A stretch of 64,000 nt of DNA, taken from assembly GCA_964568795.1 (NCBI GenBank), contig CAZMRQ010000001.1, forward strand, positions 1,953 to 65,952, read 5' to 3'. Shown here in pieces: positions 47,380 to 56,634 of this stretch (position 1 is its first letter; each line of letters starts with the position of its first letter). Under the pieces are notes generated by a model. It was not told the origin of the DNA. It worked only from the letters and a program-made list of their open reading frames with translations, and ran no database searches. Source of the stretch: an uncultured Gammaproteobacteria bacterium (GTDB lineage Bacteria > Pseudomonadota > Gammaproteobacteria > Comchoanobacterales > Comchoanobacteraceae). The translations under genes and the position numbers were made by a program.

Positions 47380-50300
47380 GTGTTAGATAGTATTTTTCTT
47401 GAGAAATTTGTGGAGTGCGTGTTGGCTCTCGCTAGTATAAACATTTGTAGATATTTTTATGCGAGAAATAGAGATGCTGAATATGCAGGTGCTTTTTTGT
47501 TGTGGTATATTACCTCGTATCTAACTGTGTCAGTGATATGGAATTTGCAAGTTTTTTTTCAGATTTATATATACCATAATATGGCTATTATTAGCTTAGG
47601 TGTCATGAGTGTATTCTTGCTTTCCTTTTCTTTAGTATACAAGGTTCCCTCTGAGCTTTATTGTAGCTTTCTTCTCCTGTGTGTGGGGTTTTTCTGTGTG
47701 CCTGAGTATCTGTTTGTCTTTTTTTTAGTTTTAGCTCAAATGGCAGTGCATACGGCCCTTGCGACGATATTTTGGCATAACTATAGGAGCGAACAGATGT
47801 TAGTGATGGTGCGAGAGATGACTTACATTATTCGTCTTATTCACTCTTATTTGAATGGCTTGTTCCAAGCGTATGAGGCATTGAAGACAAAATATTTTAC
47901 AAGACTTGAAGATGCAAGGACTTTTGTGTTCAGGATGACTCAATCTATATGTGTCATTTGTGCCGTTACTCTGAATATTCCTCACGTATCAGTTTTTATG
48001 AATATAACAATGGGCTTTTGGATGATTCTTAGTGTGTATGAGCACAAAAAAGTGGTGGGTCTTACCAAAAAAATAATGCAGCCACTTCTATTTGGATTGT
48101 TTGTATTTGCGCCTAGTGTTAACCAGGCTATTGGAATAGGTTTAGTGTGGTATATTCAGTTATTCACGTTTACCCTTTCCAATCACACTTTATTCACTAA
48201 TCATTACAAAGCAATTTTCAAGAGGGGGCTGAGGAAAACCACCTTTTGTATTGGCACCATTAACTCTGGCGTTCGTAACATTTTCAAGTATGTGATATTA
48301 AGAATAAAGCTTCTTTTGGACAAGTTGTTACAAAAAGGCAATGAAAAAGTCTATTGGATTGGAGTATCAGCTCTACACAATAATCAAGAAGGGCAATGGG
48401 AAGATAGCAGAAAGAAAAAATTTGATCACTCGTATGACCGTTTAGTTCCTCTATGGCGCTATGTAGAGAGGCATCAACCACAGTCAGCTCAATATACAAT
48501 CAATAGTGCCGATTATGAGTTCCAGCCATCGTATCATTTGCAGAGAAGAGAGGAATATCCACTCAGGTTTGATGTGGAGGGTGAGGGAATACAAGATAGA
48601 GTTCAAGAGACTCTGATTAATAGGATTCATAAAACTATGTGTGTCTTTGGCTTCCTGAGACATAATTTAAGACTAACGCTGGATAGTGATTTGCGTGAAG
48701 GTGAACAGGAAAAGGAGCAAGAGTCTGACGATCGAGTACGTGATTTATGGAACACTTTAAGGATAGAACTGCCATTTATGCTCCCTAAATGCAGTATAAA
48801 TGATATTAGTGAGCAAAATAGGGCCCAATTCATCGCGGATTTATCAAATGAAGGAATTGAGCAAGATGCATTCATGACGTGCGTTAATCCATCTTCAAAG
48901 GAGCAGAGGGAGCACGGTGATAGAGAAGTTCCAGATGGATTGCTTAAGTATAAGGTTGAGATGATAAGAAATTCTTTGGACAGGCGCAAAGACTGGGATG
49001 AGATTGAGGCGCTATCTGAAGGGGGAGCAACTAAACTTAAAGAGATACTTATTGAGTTGGTGTCAAACAGACTGACGTTTCATTCGTTGTCATATCTTGA
49101 AGCGTTACGAGTTTGCGGGCAACTCCTTGATTATATTGATGCAGTGGTGATTGATTTCTGCAAGGAAAGGGGTGATTTGCAATCTTTACTTCAAGAAGAG
49201 ACGCAAGATTCTAAGAGTGTATTCGATTTTTTAAAACCGTGTTTTGAAAAAGAATCAAATAATAACAACACAAGAAAAATCGAGGATCTAAATACTGTTC
49301 TATCGCCAATATTCGGAAAAATAATGTCGGCAAGTGTGACTAGATGTGGTCATAGAATTTACAGGGAAATCATGGATTTTATAAAACTTTTATCTACCAC
49401 AGAGGCGGTTCAAAAAGATTGTGTGATTGTGGATAAAAATCCTATTAGTTGTCGAGTAGAGGAGGTCTTACGCATACATAGGGCAAATTATTTAGAGGAA
49501 TATTTAAGAAAATATCAAGCAAGCTTTCCTCAGATGCCTTATCTAGATACACAGCCTACACATGCTAACAACTATACCAAGCTTATCGGAGGCTATCTAT
49601 TTGGGGCCACAAATAGGGAGGAAGAAACAGATAGGTATGTTGTAGGTCCTGCTCTTGCGAATCATATAAAGAAAAACATGGATATGCCATCTGTTCAGCA
49701 AGAATATGCAGACCGCTTTTCTATTGATGATTTGGCATTGGAACTTTCTTTGTCTTTCTTGGGTGAAAAGGGTCGTTCTGGGCAAGACCTAGAGAACTAT
49801 TTTAGAGCTGTGTTTGGGGCGAACTATAATCGGATTGTAAGTGGAGATGACCAGTCAGAGCAACCTGTCTTCCCCAGGTATCGATATCAAGGTGCAGCCC
49901 AGTTCTATTATGATAATCAAAAGAGGGACACAGCTGCTTTGACAAATGGTGTATTGACTATCAAAAAACATGCTCCCACACTCTCTAAGCTAAATTTAGC
50001 ACTATGGGTCTCTAATCATGAAGTTCTACAAGAAGAAATATCAAGATTTAGCGAACAAATTAATCCGTTATTGACACAAAATAGGGCAATTTTGATCGAT
50101 CACGTATGGTTATATGATGAAAACGAAGAATATCAGAAAAAGTGTATTGAGACATACAAACAGCAAACTCAACATAGTTTTAACGGCAATTTTCAAGAGA
50201 AACTTTGTTTGGCTAAGTGGGTAGTGACAAATGCAGAGACTACGTGCTGTCAGGAATTAAGTGCATTGCGTGCAAGAAAGATCTCTCCGTTGTCTCAGGA

Positions 50301-51078
50301 GGCTAATGTTTGTTATTCTAATCTGCAGAGCGATGAGGAACATGCGAGGTATTGGATAATAATCAAGCTGAACAAGCTCTTTGAAGCAAAGGTAAATCTC
50401 TCCTTTAACAGAGAGATGGCTAAACAACAGATTGATCAAGAGCAGTTGGGAGATGATCAGTTTGATTTGCGGCGTCTTTTCATTGAAGGTCCGAAGGGGG
50501 AGAGAGTGTGTTCATGGCATGATTTATTCAAGTCCTATTCAAATCATGACGCGCATGCAGACAGTAAGAAAGCGGCAGGCATGGCACTTAAACTGATATT
50601 AGCTTTAGAGGGTGTGATTCAGTTAAAGAGTGGAACGGTTAAAAAGTGTTATAAAATTATCTCCAATATAAAAGATTTGTTAGGCCTGTCCCTGCGTTCT
50701 ATTTCTAAAAAGATAGTCGGCATTATATGTGATGCCTTCAGTCTTTTGGTGCATATATACACAGCACCAGTATTCGTGTCTGCGCGACTTTGTTATCAAA
50801 TCTTTACTGGAGTCAAGAGGCATTGTTATGATTATGCGTACTCTTTTGCGACGGTCTTGAAGAAAAAAGCAAAACACGTCTGTGATGTGAGCATTTTTCC
50901 CATTTTTAATAAATACTCCAAGATGTTAAACCCTTCAATCACTCATGGGTCAGTTCCTGCAAGGTTTTTCAAGGTTCTTTCTCAGGCAAGGAAAACAGGT
51001 GCTTTATTTCCTCAGGTACTGAATGTTCTTTTCCGCAGAGCTAGCAAAGAGAGAAACAGTGCTGGCATGGAAGTCTAA
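47380..51078 (+). CDS. Orphan 1232-aa protein: polytopic N-terminal membrane domain (~270 aa), ~900-aa soluble region and C-terminal hydrophobic segment; candidate effector or envelope protein
   Basis: Uninterrupted 3.7-kb ORF starting at GTG 47380, preceded by aaggaaagaga. It has 7-8 hydrophobic helices at the N-terminus. No recognisable catalytic motif. Confidence 0.8.
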   Translation: MLDSIFLEKFVECVLALASINICRYFYARNRDAEYAGAFLLWYITSYLTVSVIWNLQVFFQIYIYHNMAIISLGVMSVFLLSFSLVYKVPSELYCSFLLLCVGFFCVPEYLFVFFLVLAQMAVHTALATIFWHNYRSEQMLVMVREMTYIIRLIHSYLNGLFQAYEALKTKYFTRLEDARTFVFRMTQSICVICAVTLNIPHVSVFMNITMGFWMILSVYEHKKVVGLTKKIMQPLLFGLFVFAPSVNQAIGIGLVWYIQLFTFTLSNHTLFTNHYKAIFKRGLRKTTFCIGTINSGVRNIFKYVILRIKLLLDKLLQKGNEKVYWIGVSALHNNQEGQWEDSRKKKFDHSYDRLVPLWRYVERHQPQSAQYTINSADYEFQPSYHLQRREEYPLRFDVEGEGIQDRVQETLINRIHKTMCVFGFLRHNLRLTLDSDLREGEQEKEQESDDRVRDLWNTLRIELPFMLPKCSINDISEQNRAQFIADLSNEGIEQDAFMTCVNPSSKEQREHGDREVPDGLLKYKVEMIRNSLDRRKDWDEIEALSEGGATKLKEILIELVSNRLTFHSLSYLEALRVCGQLLDYIDAVVIDFCKERGDLQSLLQEETQDSKSVFDFLKPCFEKESNNNNTRKIEDLNTVLSPIFGKIMSASVTRCGHRIYREIMDFIKLLSTTEAVQKDCVIVDKNPISCRVEEVLRIHRANYLEEYLRKYQASFPQMPYLDTQPTHANNYTKLIGGYLFGATNREEETDRYVVGPALANHIKKNMDMPSVQQEYADRFSIDDLALELSLSFLGEKGRSGQDLENYFRAVFGANYNRIVSGDDQSEQPVFPRYRYQGAAQFYYDNQKRDTAALTNGVLTIKKHAPTLSKLNLALWVSNHEVLQEEISRFSEQINPLLTQNRAILIDHVWLYDENEEYQKKCIETYKQQTQHSFNGNFQEKLCLAKWVVTNAETTCCQELSALRARKISPLSQEANVCYSNLQSDEEHARYWIIIKLNKLFEAKVNLSFNREMAKQQIDQEQLGDDQFDLRRLFIEGPKGERVCSWHDLFKSYSNHDAHADSKKAAGMALKLILALEGVIQLKSGTVKKCYKIISNIKDLLGLSLRSISKKIVGIICDAFSLLVHIYTAPVFVSARLCYQIFTGVKRHCYDYAYSFATVLKKKAKHVCDVSIFPIFNKYSKMLNPSITHGSVPARFFKVLSQARKTGALFPQVLNVLFRRASKERNSAGMEV

Positions 51079-51126
51079 TATCAGCTATCATAATCGACAG
51101 AAAGATGATGGGTTCAGAATGTGGCT

Positions 51127-51438
51127 ATGTACAAGCTTGAGTTTTATGTGCCAGAGGATGATTTACAGGCTGTGAAAGAGGCGGTGTTTGCTGCCGGTGC
51201 AGGGCATATAGGGCAATACCGGAAGTGTGCTTGGCAAACTCTTGGACAGGGGCAATTTTTTGCTGACACAAAGGCCCACCCTGCTGTGGGAAAGCATGAG
51301 AAGTTAACAGAGATTTTGGAAGTAAAGGTCGAATGCGTTGTGCAAAAAAGCTGTCTTAAGGCTGTGCTTGAGTCGTTGAAGTTAGCTCATCCCTATGAAG
51401 AGGTTGCCTATACTTACTGGCCTGTGAATAAGGATTAA
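51127..51438 (+). CDS. Small YqfO-insert-domain (NIF3-associated, PII/CutA-like) family protein
   Basis: 'YKLEFYVPEDDLQAVKEAVFAAGAGHIGQYRKCAWQTLGQGQF...HPYEEVAYTYWPV' matches my recollection of the ~100-aa stand-alone homologs of the NIF3/YqfO insert domain. Confidence 0.45.
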   Translation: MYKLEFYVPEDDLQAVKEAVFAAGAGHIGQYRKCAWQTLGQGQFFADTKAHPAVGKHEKLTEILEVKVECVVQKSCLKAVLESLKLAHPYEEVAYTYWPVNKD

Positions 51439-51440
51439 TT

Positions 51441-52823
51441 GTGTTCTATTATTTAGGCATCATCTTTTTATTTTACTCAGTTATTATAGCATCACCGTTG
51501 TTGGTGGCTTTGTTATTCACTGAGTCAATACCGATGACATGGGCAGGATGCGTTGTTGTCTATGGTCTTTTTTCCTTTATTCTTATCTTTAATAATAAAA
51601 AGTCGCTGCATTTTCGCTCATCGATATCTCTTGTTTTAGTAGCATGGTTTTCATTGTCACTTGCTGCTGCGGTGCCACTTTGGTTGGACCCTTATACCAA
51701 TATGTCATTTGTACAGGCATGGTTTGAAAGCACCTCTGGGCTAACAACAACAGGTTCTTCTATAGTTGCTAGCTTAGCAGGTTGGCCTCACTATCTTGTT
51801 TTTTACCACCAGTTATTGCAATATATTGGTGGTTTGGGTATATTGGTTTTGGTGATGACTGTATTGCCAATGGCAGGTTCTGGCGCCTTAGCATTTTTCA
51901 GGTCTCAGGTTCAGGGTTCTGTTATTGATGATAAGTTCATGCCGCGTTTTCGAGATGTGGCTAATTGGCTATTAGGGCTTTATTTGATTATTACTGTATG
52001 TGCATGTGGGGCATACATGGCAGTGGGGATGCCTGTATTTGATGCGCTTTGTTTTACTTTTTCTACAATTTCTACAGGTGGGTTTGTTTTCGAGTCAGAT
52101 TGGCTATATCATCCTGGATGCCAGTGGGTTAGTACCGTCGTTATGCTGATTTCTGCAACGGGATTTAAGCTTCATTTCTTAGCATTGAAGCAAAAGTCAT
52201 TGAAGTATTATTTTGAAAATGATGAATTCAAACAATGGTGGTGGGCTATTGCAGTTGTTTGCCTCATAGTTTGGTTAGATTATGAATTACACCATAGTGG
52301 GAAGTCATTTCTACCACTAATTTTTCAAGTAGTGTCTTTAATGAGTTCAACAGGTTACATGTTAAAATCTGGGTGGACTTTAGATAAACTGATGCTGGTA
52401 TGCTTGATTATTTTAGGGTATGTGGGGGGTTGTAGTGGCTCTACATCGAGTGGAATCAAGTGGGAGAGAATAGCGGTGGTGAGAAAAGTTATGGTTGATG
52501 CGTTGCACCGTATTCTGCATCCCCATCAAGTTATTGGAGATCATCCAAGGACGCGCATTATCCCTCAAGTGCTCGCCTATTTTATATTGCTTTTCTGTAC
52601 GGTATGCGTAGTGTCATTGCTGTTTTACAGCAGTGGGTTGTCAATGGCTCAATCGGTCAGTGTTGCGTGGGCAACCACGACTAATTTAGGTGCAACAATC
52701 GATGTTCATTTTCATTTATTTAATGCTTTACAAGCGCAGATAGCTACCTGGGCTATGTTAATTGGACGAGTCGAGTGTATTACTTTCTACATTGTTTTTA
52801 TGCGGCAATTTTGGTGGAGATAG
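51441..52823 (+). CDS. trkH: TrkH/KtrB-family potassium uptake membrane protein
   Basis: Repeated pore-loop motifs 'ESTSGLTTTGSS', 'FSTISTGGF' and 'MSSTGY', plus 'GGLGILVLV'. 460-aa polytopic protein. Confidence 0.85.
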   Translation: MFYYLGIIFLFYSVIIASPLLVALLFTESIPMTWAGCVVVYGLFSFILIFNNKKSLHFRSSISLVLVAWFSLSLAAAVPLWLDPYTNMSFVQAWFESTSGLTTTGSSIVASLAGWPHYLVFYHQLLQYIGGLGILVLVMTVLPMAGSGALAFFRSQVQGSVIDDKFMPRFRDVANWLLGLYLIITVCACGAYMAVGMPVFDALCFTFSTISTGGFVFESDWLYHPGCQWVSTVVMLISATGFKLHFLALKQKSLKYYFENDEFKQWWWAIAVVCLIVWLDYELHHSGKSFLPLIFQVVSLMSSTGYMLKSGWTLDKLMLVCLIILGYVGGCSGSTSSGIKWERIAVVRKVMVDALHRILHPHQVIGDHPRTRIIPQVLAYFILLFCTVCVVSLLFYSSGLSMAQSVSVAWATTTNLGATIDVHFHLFNALQAQIATWAMLIGRVECITFYIVFMRQFWWR

Positions 52824-52826
52824 CAG

Positions 52827-55364
52827 ATGCATTACGATATTATTTTAGTTGATGGATCATCTTATCTTTTTAGAGCATATTATGCTTTGCCCCCCCTGAG
52901 TTCCCCTGAGGGTTTGCCTACTGGTGCTATGATTGGGGTGCTTAATATGTTGCATAAGCTGACTCAGGAATACCCTGATGCTAAAACTGTAGTCGTGTTT
53001 GATCCCAAAGGGCCGACCACAAGGCACAAGACATACCCTGATTATAAAGCTAACCGCAGAGAAATGCCAGAAGAGCTGGGCCAACAAATAGAGCCATTAT
53101 TTACATTTATTAAAGCCATGGGTCTTCCTTTGGTCATTCGTGATGGAATCGAGGCTGACGATGTTATTGCAAGTATGGTAAGAGAATATGAGCCAGATTA
53201 CTCAGTGCTTATTTCGACAGGTGATAAAGACTTAGCACAGATTGTGTCACCTCGGGTTCATCTTTATAATAGCATGAGTAAGAAACTAATGGATCCACAG
53301 GGGGTTTTCGATAAATTTCAAGTGCATGTCCATCAGATTGTTGATTACCTTGCACTTATTGGGGACAGTTCGGATAATATCCCCGGTGTGCCAAAAGTAG
53401 GCCCTAAGACGGCAGTGAAATGGCTGCAGCAATACGGGTCGTTGGATGAGATTATTGCACACAAAGAGGCGTTCCCAGGAAAAGTAGGCCAGTATCTGAG
53501 AGATTCTATTGATCAGTGCTTGCTTTCTCGACAGCTTGTCACGTTGCAAATGGACGTTCCTATCCCTTTATTAAAGGAATTAAACACTTGCCCAGATACC
53601 AAGCGGTGGCACGTGCTTTGTCAACAGTGGGGCTTTAGACAGCTAGCCAGTCGTTTTCGTCACCAAACAACAGGGCAGCAACAAAAGGTGGACTGGGTAT
53701 TTGAGTGGCCAGCTGGAGTATCTGCTCTCTATCCTCATGTTGAAGCAGTGGATGGTCGAACTGCTGTTTTAGGGTGTGCTGTTTTTGCGCAAGGGCAAGT
53801 TAAATGTTTCGATTGGCGTCATTGCAAAGCCATCTTTCCTCAAGAAAGACTGTCTCAAGAGGTGATAGGCTGGGGCCTCAAATCTTGGATTTGTTCTACG
53901 GGTCGTCAGGATGATTTCTTGGATATGGGTGTGTTTGCCTATGTCGTTGATAGTTCTCAGCCAATTGAAAGTCTCTCGATGTGTGCATTACAGTATCACA
54001 TCGATAGTATTCACTCAGATGATGTTCTCGGTCAGGGAAAACAAAGAAAGGGATGGCAAGATATTGAGCAAAAAAATTATGGGCAATGGTTGCAATCTCA
54101 GATGAATGCACTTCTTATCTTGCATAGTTCACTTAAGAAGCAAGTAGCTGAGCCTTGTTGGCAGTGGCTGATAGATGTAGAGCAACCGTTAATCTCCATT
54201 CTTGCTGAGATGCAAGAAACGGGTATTCGTGTTAGTGAGAAATCACTAGCTGTGCTTCGCCAAGAGGTTCAGATACAAACAAAGCGGGTTATTCATGATA
54301 TGAACGCTTTGATTGATGAGCCAATTAATTTGAATTCACCACAGCAGTTACGGGATATTCTTTTTAATTACTTTGGCTACCCAGTTGTTGAAAAAACCCC
54401 AAGTGGGGTGCCTTCTACTTCTGAATCAGCACTCAAAGAAATTGTGGACGGCAGGCCCTTTGTCAAGCACTTATTAACATACCGATCATTGGCAAAATTA
54501 GAATCGACATATCTGAGTGGTTTGCCAAGACATGTTAGAAAAGACGGGCGTGTCCATTCACAGTTCAACCAATGTGTGACCATAACAGGGCGATTGTCTT
54601 CCAGTGACCCTAATATGCAGAATATCCCAATTAAAACAGAATTAGGTCGCCGTATTCGTGATGCTTTTGTTGCAAGGGATGGGGATGTCATAGTGGCAGC
54701 TGATTATTCGCAAATAGAGCTTAGGTTGATGGCTCATTTTTCTGAAGATCCAGCACTGGTCCAAGCGTTTCATGAAGGAGCAGATATTCATGCACAGACG
54801 GCAGCTTGGTTGTGGGGCTGTGATATAGATGAGGTGACTTCAGAGCAACGGCGAATGAGCAAAGCGATCAATTTTGGTCTTATATATGGTATGTCAGCGT
54901 ATGGTTTGGCAAAACAGCTCCAAATTGATAGAACGAAAGCACAGCAATTGATTGATAGGTATTTCCTTAGTTATCCAAAGGTTAAAGAGTATATGGGCCA
55001 TATGCGTGCTGTTGCTAAAACAACGGGGGAAGTTGGTACTTTATTTAATAGAAAAATTCAACTGAATCGTGCCACTCAGCAGTATGGGGGCATGGAGAGG
55101 CTTGCAATAAATGCACCTATGCAGGGCAGTGCTGCTGAAATTATTAAGAAGGCTATGGTGTGTTGTGCACAAACCAACCCTAGCCCTGAACAAATAAGGT
55201 TATTGCTACAGGTTCATGATGAGTTAGTATGGGAAGTGGAAGCGTCCCAAGTTCAGGTTGCAATCAAGTGGATGGAAAAAGTCATGAGCCAAGTTGTCAG
55301 TTTGAAAGTGCCATTAGAGGTTAGTATCGCATCGGGGTCTTCTTGGCAGAAGGCTCATGGGTGA
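52827..55364 (+). CDS. polA: DNA polymerase I (5' nuclease plus polymerase; 3'-5' exonuclease motifs degenerate)
   Basis: 5' nuclease: 'ILVDGSSYLFRAYYA', 'GDKDLAQ', 'NIPGVPKVGPKTA'. Polymerase motif A: 'IVAADYSQIELRLMAH'. Motif B: 'RRMSKAINFGLIYGMS'. Motif C: 'LLQVHDELVWEV'. 845 aa. Confidence 0.95.
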   Translation: MHYDIILVDGSSYLFRAYYALPPLSSPEGLPTGAMIGVLNMLHKLTQEYPDAKTVVVFDPKGPTTRHKTYPDYKANRREMPEELGQQIEPLFTFIKAMGLPLVIRDGIEADDVIASMVREYEPDYSVLISTGDKDLAQIVSPRVHLYNSMSKKLMDPQGVFDKFQVHVHQIVDYLALIGDSSDNIPGVPKVGPKTAVKWLQQYGSLDEIIAHKEAFPGKVGQYLRDSIDQCLLSRQLVTLQMDVPIPLLKELNTCPDTKRWHVLCQQWGFRQLASRFRHQTTGQQQKVDWVFEWPAGVSALYPHVEAVDGRTAVLGCAVFAQGQVKCFDWRHCKAIFPQERLSQEVIGWGLKSWICSTGRQDDFLDMGVFAYVVDSSQPIESLSMCALQYHIDSIHSDDVLGQGKQRKGWQDIEQKNYGQWLQSQMNALLILHSSLKKQVAEPCWQWLIDVEQPLISILAEMQETGIRVSEKSLAVLRQEVQIQTKRVIHDMNALIDEPINLNSPQQLRDILFNYFGYPVVEKTPSGVPSTSESALKEIVDGRPFVKHLLTYRSLAKLESTYLSGLPRHVRKDGRVHSQFNQCVTITGRLSSSDPNMQNIPIKTELGRRIRDAFVARDGDVIVAADYSQIELRLMAHFSEDPALVQAFHEGADIHAQTAAWLWGCDIDEVTSEQRRMSKAINFGLIYGMSAYGLAKQLQIDRTKAQQLIDRYFLSYPKVKEYMGHMRAVAKTTGEVGTLFNRKIQLNRATQQYGGMERLAINAPMQGSAAEIIKKAMVCCAQTNPSPEQIRLLLQVHDELVWEVEASQVQVAIKWMEKVMSQVVSLKVPLEVSIASGSSWQKAHG

Positions 55365-55435
55365 TACTTTCATAGTTTTTTATTGCGCTTGGGTGAAGTC
55401 AAGTTAGAATAAGACATGGGCTCATGGGTGATGTT

Positions 55436-55966
55436 ATGAAAATGAATCTGTCAGTACTTGGTCAAGACTTAGCCTGCGAGTCTGGGTCTATGTCGCAAAT
55501 TATCACTAAGGATATAGATGCTGCATGGCGCATGTGCATGCCTCAATGCTCCGCAGGAGCTTGGGCCTTAGTGGGAAAAGAAATAGACTTTCCATGGGCT
55601 GTGTCTGTCAAATCATTGATGTCCCAATATGCTGTTCTGCGTTCTGTTAGTAAAAAAGTAATCAAGCAACGCAGAGAGTATCTCTGTCGGCATTTCATGC
55701 TGAATCCCGATAGCAAGGTAAACACTCTATCGGAGCATCAGTGTTGGGTGTTGAGCCTTTTATTGGCGTTAATGGTGCAGCCTCAGTTAATTGTTTTATG
55801 TCAATCCAGTCATGTTGCCCAACAGGACTGCCGTAAGATAGGTCGTTTTGTGTCACAGATTTTTCCTGCGAGCATGTGTTGGCTTATGATTGGGCCTGAG
55901 AAAGACTGGTTAGTCGATGTTCCTTGTAAGCAAGTACTTCACTTTAGAGCTGAATTATGCTGTTAG
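55436..55966 (+). CDS. Degenerate FtsE-like ABC ATPase homolog lacking all nucleotide-binding motifs (pseudo-ATPase or decaying gene)
   Basis: 'LSEHQCWVLSLLLALMVQPQLIVLCQSSHVAQQDCRKIGRFVSQIF...CWLMIGPEKDWL' aligns to recalled E. coli FtsE '[46 protein letters not shown]...VLMATHDINLI'. No GxxGxGKS/T is present. Confidence 0.5.
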   Translation: MKMNLSVLGQDLACESGSMSQIITKDIDAAWRMCMPQCSAGAWALVGKEIDFPWAVSVKSLMSQYAVLRSVSKKVIKQRREYLCRHFMLNPDSKVNTLSEHQCWVLSLLLALMVQPQLIVLCQSSHVAQQDCRKIGRFVSQIFPASMCWLMIGPEKDWLVDVPCKQVLHFRAELCC

Positions 55967-56634
55967 TGTGTCGGAAAATTGAACGCAGCTGCTGGATTAA
56001 AGTCATCGCCATCATGGGTATGTTGGTGTGGGCCGTGTATTCGGTTGTTTCCTTACGCTCCGCTGATGAGGTTGCCGCATTTCCTCGTGATGTGGTTGTT
56101 GTAATGGATAAAGCGGCACCATTGCAGTTGACACAACAAGTAGCTGAGCAAATATCAGCCAATGCATGGTTTGAGCGTGTTGCCATTAAGGAAAGTCAGG
56201 ATCACCAGGATGCATTGAAACACTGGTTAGATGATCAAAGCGATAGTATCGATATTGATCTTCCGCCGATAGTCACACTGACTATTAGCATGACTACGCC
56301 TTTGTCACAATTAGATAAAGCAGTGAAATGGCTGCAGCAGAGAAGTGGTGTGCAAGATGTTTTGTGGGATCGGGAGTACATTTACTCTGGACTGCAATTA
56401 AGCCAACTGAGTCAAAGCAGATTTTGGCATGCATGGGGTTGGTTATTCTTTAGTGCAATCGTTCTTATCTGTATGCTATGGGTTGTTGTTGTCAACAGCG
56501 TGAGCAATCAGTATCGCTTCTGGCAGGCGTGGGGCTGTCCAGAGAAAGCAATTAAACAGCGTGTTCTTCTTTATTCTCTGGTGTTGTTTTCAATCTGTTT
56601 AGGTATTCCTTGTGCTGTGTGGTTAATTGTTTAA
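55957..56634 (+). CDS. FtsX-like membrane protein, C-terminally truncated (ends after the third TM helix)
   Basis: A TM1, periplasmic domain and TM2-3 layout collinear with recalled E. coli FtsX. Examples: 'VVVVMDKAAP..VAEQI', 'DLPPIVTLTISMT', 'VVVVNSVSNQYRFWQAWGCPEKAIKQRVLLYSLVL' versus '[40 protein letters not shown]'. It has a 10-nt overlap with the ftsE-like ORF, and its 3' end overlaps hemL. Confidence 0.55.
   Translation: MLLVCRKIERSCWIKVIAIMGMLVWAVYSVVSLRSADEVAAFPRDVVVVMDKAAPLQLTQQVAEQISANAWFERVAIKESQDHQDALKHWLDDQSDSIDIDLPPIVTLTISMTTPLSQLDKAVKWLQQRSGVQDVLWDREYIYSGLQLSQLSQSRFWHAWGWLFFSAIVLICMLWVVVVNSVSNQYRFWQAWGCPEKAIKQRVLLYSLVLFSICLGIPCAVWLIV

Noticed and set aside
55955-55966. C-terminal 'LCC' of the FtsE-like ORF as a eukaryotic-type prenylation (CC/CaaX) signal
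   Set aside because: The protein is an ABC-ATPase remnant rather than an effector-like protein, and the motif is too short to be meaningful. None of the orphan proteins ends in CaaX.
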